64,000 nucleotides of DNA, from positions 88,288,001 to 88,352,000 of the forward strand of contig OZ024743.1 in the NCBI GenBank assembly GCA_964016885.1, read 5' to 3'. This document shows, piece after piece, positions 26,431-38,700 of the stretch (positions are counted from its first letter, which is position 1; each line of letters begins with the position of its first letter). The translations under genes were made by a program, and so were the position numbers. The notes beneath the pieces are model-generated. The model had not been told where the DNA came from, did no database searches, and saw only the letters and a list, made by a program, of their open reading frames with translations. The stretch comes from Eledone cirrhosa. Taxonomy: Eukaryota.

Positions 26431-29400
26431 GGTCAATTGCCAGTGAGAAGGTGAGTGTTATTATTTTATCTAAGTAGGCGGGTGGATTGGCAGTATCGGT
26501 AGAGGGTCGGACGCCATGCTTTGACGTATAGAGTTACGGCCCTTGCCATTCTGAGTTCAAATCCCGCCGAGGTTAACTTTGCCTTTCATCCTTACAGGGT
26601 CGATAAAATAAAGTACCAGTAATGCACTGGGTAATTGCTGGCCTTGTGCCAAACGTAGAAACAATTATTATTATTATTATTATTGAATGCCATGGTTGAC
26701 GGAGGCTCGGCTCTGTAAGGTATAGTAATTTTTAACCGTTAAAACAATTGTAAATTGTTTAAAACTTGAACCAAATTGTTGATAAAGACACCCTCCTCCT
26801 CGTGAGAGGGGTCTTTCTGTCCGTTATTTGGCCCTTCGGGGTTAAATAACCAGTTATTGGGGTTTTGTACCCAAAATTTCATTTTAAACAAAAAAACAAC
26901 ATGGCTACGAAAAAGAAATTTCATAGGTCACTCCCACTCATTCCGTCTTCTTCTTCCTCAATCATCACTACAGCAGAGAGAAGATTGTCTCTCTCCCTCC
27001 CTTCTCTTTCGCAAGTGACGAAAGAAAAGAAAAGTCTCGTGCAAAGCGTGCAAGGTTTCTCCACGACGACGACGACAGCGACGAAACAGGTGTGCGGGAA
27101 ATACGAAAACCCAGTTCATTCATCTGACGTCAGGAATAATAGCAGTAGCAGCCGTAATAACAACAGCAACAGTGACAATGAAAACAACAGTAGCAGCCGC
27201 AACAGCATCACCAGCAGCATAAACAACAACAGCATTAGCAGCAGCAACACCAACAACAACCACAGCAACAGCGGCAGAGGCAGTAGTCGTAGTACCTGCA
27301 GCAACAACAAAAGTACCAGCAGCTCTGACGACAACAACAACAGCAGAGAAAAACCAATCTCATTTGCAGGTATTGCGAAAAACTTGGAAACAATCCTCAT
27401 AACAAATGAGGAATTAGAGGAAGCGAAGAAGATGGTGACAAAGAACGGACACCGAGCAATCTGCAAGGCAGCGGAAAAATTTTTCGAAACCCAAGAGCAC
27501 TGTACGGTCACGTACCGTACAGTAAGTACAAAATCCCGTAGGGTGGAAAGAGCCACAGAGGCCCAAATACAAAAAGCCTTGGGGTCTGTGTGGCAGCGGA
27601 AAACGCACATCACCCGAGGCAAAAAATATGCCACCGTAGACGTACTTTTTGCCACACCCCAGGAGGCAAAGGCCCAATCAGTAGTGACCCTAAGGAGCGA
27701 GGAAATGGTGTTGGTGCCCTCCTACTGTGGGCAAAAAAATTGTGAGGGTCAAACTGACCCACGTCCCCCCCGGAATGACCCCTTCTTGGCTGGCCGCGTC
27801 TGTCCTCGTCGGAATCGAGGACAAAACAACTGTACTGCAAGTACAGAAAAAAGTAAGAGAAGATTGGGTCGGCTCCTCCATTGAGATGCTAATCCAAACC
27901 AACCAGGAGTGCATCGAAGCTATCCCGGATGTGATAGACTTCGATAACGGCACTCAACTGCCCATAAGTGTTGAGGGCAAACGCCCGAAATGCTTTCGCT
28001 GTGGATCGAAGACTCACCTCAGGGCCTTCTGCAACGAGAAGACCCTGAGAAAGGAGAAAACCCCCCTCCTTCCGAATCCGGCTCCACGGCTACCAGCAAC
28101 AGGACAAGCGGCAACCAGGAACGATAGGCCCGTGGCACCCATACCCACTCCACGGAAATCAAAAACAGCAGCAGCAGTGGAAATACTAACAACAACAACA
28201 GCAATACCAAATGCAGCTGCAACAGAGACTCCAGTGCAAACATCACCAACAACAACAAGTGAAAGAGTGGAGCTGGTACCCCTCCCCGACCTCACAGAAT
28301 CAGACATGGAGTGTGAGGTGGGAGAGAGATGGCAAAAGGTCGTAAGAAGGCACAAACGCAGAAGCAGCGCATCGTCGCCTTTGAAAAGGGAGGAAAGAAA
28401 TGAGAAAAGGGTAAAGTCTACTGCAAAGAGACCCACAGCAGCAACAACACCAACACTATCACCACCCACACTAGCACCACCATCACCACCGGCGACAACC
28501 CCACCGCCAACAACACCTTCAACACCACCACCACAAGCACCAACATCGCAAACACAACAACAAAACACACACACCCAGCAACAACGACAAGAAAATAGCA
28601 GAACCACACCCCACCCCCAGAAAAACAAATGCACGACAATAAATACACACAACAAGAAACTAATGACTTACATAATTGAACACACAGACATTTCACAACA
28701 GGACTACATAATACCAGCACCAATCAAAACGCCAACTAACATAAGACTGCTAAAAATAGCACAGAAACAATACACAAATATTAAAACGAAATTCTCCAAC
28801 GCAGTTGGTGATTTCAGGGACCTAGGAGGAACCATCAATCGAAGAGTATACTCAGACATTCTCTTAGAAGAGCCGACGACCAGCCGAAGGGACGATTCAA
28901 CGGTCCCTTCACCAGACGATCAAGTGAAAAGGGATGTAAAAACCATCCCTCCTCTACCAAAAGTACGGTAAGTGGTCTTTCCCATCTTTTCCACTCTATT
29001 TTAAACATGACCTCACTCAGAATAGGCAGCATAAATGCGCGTGGCTTGGGGTCGTCATGGAAGCAGGGTCACCTGCTCAACGACCTCAGGTCACTAAACA
29101 TAGATGTAGTGGCCATCAGCGAGACCAGAATCTCCGAAGCACGGGCCTTCGCACCGATCTTCGGCGGCTACGATGTGTACGCATCTCCCAGCCGTCCTGG
29201 ATCCGGTGGAGGAGTTGCTGTGCTTTTTCGGAGAGGTTTGGATCTCGCCATACGGGCCATCTTCCTGGACCCAGAGGGTAAGCTGGTGGTGCTGGACGTG
29301 ACCAGCGGAGACGGGCAAGCTTTCAGGCTAGTGGCCGTCTATGCCCCGACAGGAGCAGGGCGGCCTGATTTCTTCCGGCGTCTGGAGACCTTTCTTGGAA

Positions 29401-32400
29401 CGTCCCGCTCTTTAGTGTTAGTGGGCGACTGGAACGGGATCTTAGATGCACGCTGGGACTGTGTGGGATTAGCGGATAGGGGTGGAGGGTGCAAGAGCCT
29501 CACCAACCTGCTCAGGCGTTTTGAACTGTCTGACAGGTACCGATTGGATTTCCCGAATGTGCCAATGTGGACTTGGACAAACCGCATAGGGTCATCCAGA
29601 TCATATCTAGATAGAGTATTTTGTAGGGAAATAGATAGGTCTAGCATAGGCTGTCCACAATTCAAGATAGTCAGCTACACGGACCACAAATTTGTGATCT
29701 GTGTGCTTGACTTAGATAGGCTTCGTAGACGAGGACCCGGCTACTGGAAGCTAAACGCGTCCTTACCAGCGCGCAAGGCCTACAGAGACCGGATTAGCGA
29801 ACTAGTTAAGCGGGCGTTGACGGGGGCCATCGTCAACAACAAGTGGTGGTTTGCTCTGAAAAGAGCGATTAGAATAGAATCGATTAGGTTTAGTAAGGCT
29901 TTAGCAATAGAGAAAAATAGAGCAGAGGGAGAACTAGTTAGAAAATTAGACGAGGCGCTTAGCAAAGGCATTGCGACCGACGTGCTTGCGGCAAAATTGG
30001 CCCTTGACCAATTCTTCAATGCAAAGCACGAAGGCTGCGTTGTCAGAGCAAGGGTGCGTGCTCTCAGACACGAGGGGACGAAAGCCGTTCAATGGGCCCG
30101 AGTGGCGGAGGCGCGTCGTGGCAACAAAGCCACGATCCGGTCTTTGGTGGACCACGACGGGCGCATGCTACTCGATCCCGGGCAAATGTGTGAAGCTTTT
30201 CAGCGACACTTCGCTCAGCTGTTCGGGGGCAGCGGTGGGCCGAGTAGAGGGATGGACTTTAGTGTCTACCTCGACGGACTGCCGCGGCTCTCGGCCACTG
30301 AGGCGAAGTGTTGCGAAAAGCCGATAACAGCCGCTGAAGTAAGGGAGGCAATGACTGGCTGCACAAGGGGTAAATCGCCTGGTTTGGATGGTCTGCCCTA
30401 TGAACTTTACGTACAGATGCCAGACTTGTTCGGAGGCCTCTTGGCGGACGTCTACTGCAACTGGCAACAGAACGGGAGAATTCCCAGTTCTGTGAGCCGA
30501 GGAGCGGTGGCACTGCTGAGAAAGGATCCGAACAAGGGGGATAACATAGACAATTTCCGGCCCATAACTCTGCTAAACACAGAGTTTAAGATTTTGGCCA
30601 AGGTGCTAGCAAAGAGGTTGGCGCTTGTCGTTGGTGGTCTGGTGGGAGAGGCGCAGACATGCGCCATTCCCGACAGATCCATCCACGACAACCTCCACCT
30701 TATGCGATACATCGTAGAGAGGGTAGCTAGGGAACCTGGCACGGGTGGGTCCTTGATCAATTTAGATCAGTTGAAAGCTTTCGATAGGGTCGACCATCGT
30801 TACCTAGCGGCAGTCCTGAGGGCGGCTGGCTTTGGGCCCATCTTCAGAGGCTGGATCGCTGCCATGCACAGCGACATCTGCTCTGTGGTGAGAGTGAACG
30901 GTCACCTGTCGGAACCGTTCAACATCATGCGCTCGGTCCGCCAAGGATGTCCCCTCTCGTCCCTCTTGTACGTATTGACTCTCGAGCCATTACTGCACAA
31001 ACTGGAGACGTTGAGGGGAGTCCCGCGCGAACTAGGATGCGGAAGATCCGTGTCAGCATATGCGGACGATGTCACCGTAGTGGTGTCGAACGCCAAACAC
31101 ATCGAGGCGATCGGCACTACACTAAGAGAATACGAAGCGGTGACAGGAGCAATGATCAACCAGGAAAAGTCAGTGGGCCTGCAGCTCGGCACCTGGAGAG
31201 GCAGGTCCATGCCGTCCAACAGCGTCGTCGGACGCTGGACGGACGGACCGGTTAAATTGCTAGGGATCTGGTTCGGTCCGGACCTCCAGACGGACAAAAA
31301 CTGGGACGAGGTGACGAGCAGGTTGGGTTCTCTCACCCAGAAATGGGCGGAGAGGAAGCTATCCCTGAAAGGTCGAGCGGAGGTGGCTAACGCGTACATC
31401 GCGTCTGTCATCTGCTACCGCCTGACCGTCGTACCTTGTCCTAAGCCTCGCCTGACTGCGCTGGAGCGTTTGCTCTTTCGCTTTTTGTGGAAGGGACGTG
31501 CTCCGATGGTCAGGCGGTCCATCTGTTGTCAACACCCGCTACGTGGAGGGCTGGGCATGCCGTGGCTGATGATGCGCAGGCACGCGCTCAGGCTACGACA
31601 TCTCTACCTCTTCCTCGAGGTGATCAGGTGTGGTCGCCGTTTGCTAGGCGCGTATTTCCCCAGCTCGTTTCCTTGACGGAGCTGCAGTCCTGGGTCAAGC
31701 GAAGACCGAGAGGGAGCGCCTGGAAACTGGAATGTCTTCAGGCGCTCACAGCCCTCGACCAATCGGGCAATGTGATCGGTGGAAACTCCACCTCGGCGTT
31801 CTATAGAGGATTAGTGGAGGGTAAGAGCGACGACGTACTTGGGGAAACTCTAGGCGTCGACGAAAATCAACTAGCCAATCTCTTCGGAAGAACTTTCGGG
31901 CCGGGGCCTATGGACAACTTCCAGAAATCTCTGGCCTGGCAGTGCTACCGAGGAGCCTTGCCAGTTCGGGATAAACTCTACAGGCATGGAGGTGCCGTCA
32001 GCCGGGCATGTCCGAGATGCGCGCAGGGCGACGAAACCGTCCTGCACGCACTCGTCCAGTGTCCGAAAATTGCTGACTTGTGGGTTTATGTCGAACACCT
32101 GCTGTCGCGTTTAGGACGGATCCAGCTATCATCTGAGTCCATCGTGAGGATTGCCCCGCCCTCCTCCTTTAGCCGGGAAGGGCAGGCAGTTTTTATCTGT
32201 CTGGTGGCCATGGCGAAAGAGATAGTATGGTGGACACGTTTGAAAGGGCTGAAGACGAGCACTTACCTCTTCGGTGATGCTCTGATTGACTTTTTCAAAT
32301 TTCATTTGAAAAGGAAAATCAGAGTAGAGAGGGAAGTGCTCTCTTCCCAGCATTTTGTTGAAAGATGGGTGAGAGAAGCAAGAATGGCCCGAGTGAATGG

Positions 32401-32685
32401 GCCTACTCTGAGTATATATCTGTAAATTAAAGGTGGAAAACTGGGAGAGGGCACTTGCCTTGGTGGTCAGGGTCATTGTGGCTTTTTACTGGGCTTTCTC
32501 CACAAATGTCCCTCCGAAGTCTCCCCCCCTATTGGGGAATTTTTCATTGTTATTTTCATTGTTATTTTTGTTACATCCTCTGTTTTTGATTTTTACACGC
32601 AGAAATGCCCATTTGTACCGTCCTGCATTGTCCTGCACTGTCCTTAATGTCTACTTTATGTAAACCCTTGTGGTTAATAAAGAAA

Positions 32686-32724
<39 letters not shown>

Positions 32725-35700
32725 GGCAGTTGGCTGGCAGAAGCATTAGAGCGTCAGAGAAACATGTAGCAGTATTTGTTTGGGCTCTTTACATTCTGAG
32801 TTCAATTTCTGTTGAGGTCAACTTTGCCTATCATCCTTTCAGGGTCAATAAAGTACCAATCAGTTACTGATGTTGATATAATCAATTTTCCTCTTCCCTT
32901 AAATTACTGACTTTGTGCCTAAATTAGAAACAATTATTTGTTTGTCTCTGTGAACTTTCTATAGACAGAAACATATAGATTATATCTGTTATTTTAAATA
33001 TAGAATTCATGGACTGCTTTACTTGTTGCTACTCGTGGTGGTTACACAGAGATTGTGCACAAATTGATTGAGAGGGATCCCCATGTTAATGCAGTTGACA
33101 AGGTAAGCAAAACTTTTCATCACATTTTTTTTTCAATAATTTCTCTCAAATTTTATTATCTAAAAAAAAATATTTTTTGATCACATTCAAAAATTTTTTA
33201 TTTTTAATAATTTCTATTTTTTTTTTATTATTTAGATTTTTTTTTTAATCACAGTTTTTAAAATATTTTCTCTGAAATGTTATTTCAAAAATTTTTTTTT
33301 CTTACTCACAGTGAACCCTTTTGATACCTAGTCAGGATTTGAACTGAGAGTGCATACTCAATCTTTCTCCTTCTCTGGAAGAAATCAGCTGTGTTGAGAC
33401 CTGGAGAGGGAATGGACTCTTCCAGGTTTAAAATAGCCAAGGCATACTATTATCTCACTGTGGTGACATAATAGTATGTCCAGCACTATATTATGTAATG
33501 TATATAGTATAATAATGTGAAGGCATATGACTTAGTGGTGAGATCATTGGGTTTACAGTTGGGAGGTTGTGAGTTCAGTTCTTGAACCAGATGAAGTGTT
33601 GTGTCCTTGAGCAAGATACTTTATTTCATGTTGCTCAGTTCACTCAGCTGTAGAAATGAGATGCAACGTCACTGGTACCAAGCTGCCACGAGTCTATACA
33701 TACATACAGACACTTAAAAATATACTCTCGGGTCTTGAATAATCGTTGTCACACTCTTCCGCCTCTTATTCATTTCTCAGATTTGTTTCACTACCACCAC
33801 CCCTCTTATTCCAACCACTCCTCATTCTGTTGCCACCTATTAAATTTTGCTAATCTATCTCTGCCAAAATTTCATTTTAATTGCTGGCATTCCTGCAATA
33901 ATCTATTTTCTTTATACATGACAAATAAATTACATTACGTTATAAAATAAATAAGATGGGTTGGGTTCTCAATATGTAAATTAAACAACTAATTCTGGTT
34001 TTTAAAAAAAAATCAGCGGAGACAATCTAAAAAAATTACCAATTTTCCACACACACATACACATTTATTCCAACACCCCACTTAATCCACACACCCACAC
34101 ACACACATATTTCAACTCCCCCACTTAATCCACACACACATATTCCAAGTCCCCCACTTAATCCACATACACACACACACTCATTTAATCCAACTCCCCC
34201 GCTTAATACACACACACACATTTATTCCAACTCCCCCACTTAATCCACATACACACACACACACACTCATTTAATCCAACTCCCCCACTTAATCCACATA
34301 CACACACATTTATTCCAACTCCCCTCCCCCACTTAATCCACACACAGACGTTTATTCCACCCCACCCCTATTATTTGGTACCCGAGAGTATATGTTTGTA
34401 TCATAAAACCTGAGGTAGTTTCTGACTGTTTCATATCAAAAGCATTAATTTCCATGACTTAAAGATATTTCTCTCCTTCAGGATGGTTTTACAGCCCTTG
34501 CTATCAGTGCCAAAGAAGGTTACACCGAGATCTCACAGGCCCTTCTTGCCAAAGGAGCCTATGTTAACATTGTTGATAAAGTTAGTTTTTACTCTTTTCT
34601 ACTTCATCTTTACAATTTACTGGTGCTTGTTATTAATATAATTGTTTTATTATTATTTGTTGAGTTATTGTTGTTATATTATTGGTGTTATTGGTTGTTG
34701 TCATTGTTGTATTATTGGTGTTATTGTTGTTGTATTATTGGTGTTATTGGTTGTTGTCATTGTTGTATTATTGGTGTTATTGTTGTTGTCATTGTTGTAT
34801 TATTGGTGTTATTGGTTGTTGTCTTATTGGTGTTATTGGTTGTTGTATTATTGGTGTTATTGGTTGTTATATTATTGGTGTTATTGGTTGTTATATTATT
34901 GGTGTTATTGTTGTTATATTATTGGTGTTATTGGTTGTTGTCATTGTTGTATTATTGGTGTTATTGTTGTTGTATTATTGGTGTTATTGGTTGTTGTCAT
35001 TGTTGTATTATTGGTGTTATTGTTGTTGTATTATTGGTGTTATTGGTTGTTGTCATTGTTGTATTATTGGTGTTATTGTTGTTGTCATTGTTGTATTATT
35101 GGTGTTATTGGTTGTTGTCTTATTGGTGTTATTGGTTGTTGTCTTATTGGTGTTATTGGTTGTTGTATTATTGGTGTTATTGTTGTTGTCATTGTTGTAT
35201 TATTGGTGTTATTGGTTGTTGTCTTATTGGTGTTATTGTTGTTGTCATTGTTGTATTATTGGTGTTATTGGTTGTTGTCTTATTGGTGTTATTGGTTGTT
35301 ATATTATTGGTGTTATTGGTTGTTATATTATTGGTGTTATTGGTTGTTATATTATTGGTGTTATTGTTGTTGTATTATTGGTGTTATTGGTTGTTGTCAT
35401 TGTTGTATTATTGGTGTTATTGTTGTTGTATTATTGGTGTTATTGGTTGTTGTCATTGTTGTATTATTGGTGTTATTGTTGTTGTATTATTGGTGTTATT
35501 GGTTGTTGTCATTGTTGTATTATTGGTGTTATTGTTGTTGTCATTGTTGTATTATTGGTGTTATTGGTTGTTGTGATTGTTGTCTTATTGGTGTTATTGG
35601 TTGTTGTATTATTGGTGTTATTGGTTGTTGTCTTATTGGTGTTATTGGTTGTTGTATTATTGGTGTTATTGTTGTTGTCATTGTTGTATTATTGGTGTTA

Positions 35701-38700
35701 TTGGTTGTTGTCTTATTGGTGTTATTGGTTGTTGTATTATTGGTGTTATTGGTTGTTGTATTATTGGTGTTATTGTTGTTGTCATTGTTGTATTATTGGT
35801 GTTATTGGTTGTTGTCTTATTGGTGTTATTGGTTGTTGTATTATTGGTGTTATTGGTTGTTATATTATTGGTGTTATTGGTTGTTATATTATTGGTGTTA
35901 TTGTTGTTGTATTATTGGTGTTATTGGTTGTTGTCATTGTTGTATTATTGGTGTTATTGTTGTTGTATTATTGGTGTTATTGGTTGTTGTCATTGTTGTA
36001 TTATTGGTGTTATTGTTGTTGTATTATTGGTGTTATTGGTTGTTGTCATTGTTGTATTATTGGTGTTATTGTTGTTGTCATTGTTGTATTATTGGTGTTA
36101 TTGGTTGTTGTCATTGTTGTCTTATTGGTGTTATTGGTTGTTGTATTATTGGTGTTATTGGTTGTTGTATTATTGGTGTTATTGGTTGTTGTATTATTGG
36201 TGTTATTGGTTGTTGTCATTGTTGTATTATTGGTGTTATTGTTGTTGTATTATTGGTGTTATTGGTTGTTGTCATTGTTGTATTATTGGTGTTATTGTTG
36301 TTGTCATTGTTGTATTATTGGTGTTATTGGTTGTTGTCATTGTTGTCTTATTGGTGTTATTGGTTGTTGTATTATTGGTGTTATTGGTTGTTGTATTATT
36401 GGTGTTATTGGTGTTATTGGTTGTTGTATTATTGGTGTTATTGGTTGTTGTCATTGTTGTATTATTGGTGTTATTGGTTGTTGTCTTATTGGTGTTATTG
36501 GTTGTTGTATTATTGGTGTTATTGGTTGTTGTCTTATTGGTGTTATTGGTTGTTGTATTATTGGTGTTATTGGTGTTTGTATTATTGGTGTTATTGGCTG
36601 TTGTCTTATTGGTGTTATTGGTTGTTGTATTATTGGTGTTATTGGTTGTTGTCATTGTTGTATTATTGGTGTTATTGGTTGTTGTCTTATTGGTGTTATT
36701 GTTGTTGTCTTATTGGTGTTATTGGTTGTTGTATTATTGGTGTTATTGGTTGTTGTCTTATTGGTGTTATTGGTTGTTGTCTTATTGGTGTTATTGGTTG
36801 TTGTATTATTGGTGTTATTGGTTGTTGTATTATTGGTGTTATTGGTTGTTGTATTATTGGTGTTATTGGTTGTTGTATTATTGCTGTTATTGGTTGTTGA
36901 TGTCATTGTTGTTGTTATTGTTTGCTGTTGTGTTGTAATTGGTTGTTGCTTGTTGTGTTATTGTTTTATTATTTCTTGTTGTTATTGGTGTCCATTACTG
37001 GGAATAACAACTACAGATCTCACCACTCTTGTCTCTGATGCCATACCAGTTGTTTCTGGTTAATGATGTTGTTATTGTCATTAACATGAACAATAACTAT
37101 ACAAAGTAATATAGGTGAGCATATGTGATGTTTTAATAGCAAGAATGGTGAATTGAGACCTTTAAAGGTCCTAAACACTGAAGAGATTGTGGCAGCCCCA
37201 CATACTGTATATATGGAACAAAATTCCCATGTACTGGATAAAAACTATATGTGGGCCCCTTTTTATTTGAGTCTTTAAGACCATACTTATTTTGCTTAAC
37301 AATTAATCCAGGGCTGGTTACCACATATACTCACTGTAAAGTGGTCGTGTAGGTGTCATGACCAAAATCACCCAGCTCACACTGTAAATGTGGTTGGTGT
37401 TAGGAAGGGCATCCAGCTGTAGAAACCAAACCAGAAACAGTTCTGCATTAGCAAGACATGGTCACCTGACCCAACTTGCTTCAAATGGGGTAACCCATCT
37501 AACCCATGCTAGCGTGGAAAATGAACGTTAAACGGCAATGATGATGTGATATATATTTATATATCTTCATCATAGCAAGTAATGATATACTGTGTTATGG
37601 AGGCACATGGCTTAGTGGTTAGAGCATTGGCCTTGCAATCGAAAGGTTGTGAGTTCAATTCTCAGACCGGGTGATGTGTTGTTTCCTTGAGCAAGACACT
37701 TTATTTCACATTGCTCCAGTTTACTCAGCTGTAGAAATGAGATGATAGGGACTAGGGTCCATATCATTCCACTGCAAAGTGGTCGTGGAGGTGCCACGGC
37801 AAAAAAGCACCCAGCACTCACTGTAAATGAAGTTGGTGTTAGGAAGAGCATCCAGCTGTAGAAATCAAGCCAGAATCAGTTCCCGTCCCACCCTTGCAAG
37901 CAGGGAAGTGGACGTAAAATGAAATGATGATGATGATGATGATGATGTTATAGATCCAGCTAACACATTGATATTAAAATAATTGTTTCTACTTTAGGCA
38001 CAAGGCCAGCAATTACTCAGTGCATTACTGGTACTTTATTTTATCGACCCCATAAGGATGAAAGGCAAAGTCAACCTCGGCGGGATTTGAACTCAGATCG
38101 TAAAGGGACGTAACTATGCTGGAAAGCATGGCATCTGACACTCTACCGATACTGCCATAAAATAATGGTTTCTAACATTGGCTCATGGTACTCTATTTTA
38201 TTAACTTCCGAAGGATAAGAGGGCTGGTACTCTATTTTATTGGTTCCTGGAGGATAAAAAGCCAAGTTAAGAGGGCTGGTACTATTTTATTGGTTCCTGG
38301 AGGATAAAAAGCCAAGTTGAGAGGACTGGTACTCTATTTTATTGACTCCTGATGGATAAAAAGCCAAGTTGAGAGGACTGGTACTTACCTTACTGACTTG
38401 CTTACCTTAATGACCTGGAAAGGATGAAAGGCAAAATCATTTTCAGCAGGAGTAGGATTTGAACTCAGTACACAGAAAACAAATATTAATTTCTAATTTA
38501 GGCACAAGACCAGCATATTTGGGGAAGAGCAAAGTTGATTAAATCAACCCTAGTATGTGACTGGTATTTTATTTTATCAATCCCAGAAGAACCAAAGACA
38601 AACTAGAAAAATTACCGATTTTCCATTCCACCCACCCATCCCTATTATTTAGATTTATCTTAAATTTTCTAATATCCGCTGTGTTGTGAATAAATATTTA

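Larger units (their letters stand above)
26685..32690 (+). mobile_element. Full-length L1/Tx1-clade non-LTR retrotransposon, sense orientation in KIDINS220 intron 6
   Basis: 5' UTR, ORF1 with CCHC knuckle, ORF2 APE-RT-CCHC, 3' UTR with AATAAA at ~32676; (ATT)n on both sides; higher GC/CpG than flanks. Confidence 0.93.

Noticed and set aside
34623-37063. Long 317-793-aa Leu/Val/Cys/Tyr-rich ORFs and antisense Asn/Thr ORFs
   Set aside because: Translations of a stop-poor minisatellite in all frames; no real protein features
37599-37670. tRNA gene
   Set aside because: tRNA-like A/B boxes are the SINE head, continuous with the SINE core and RTE tail
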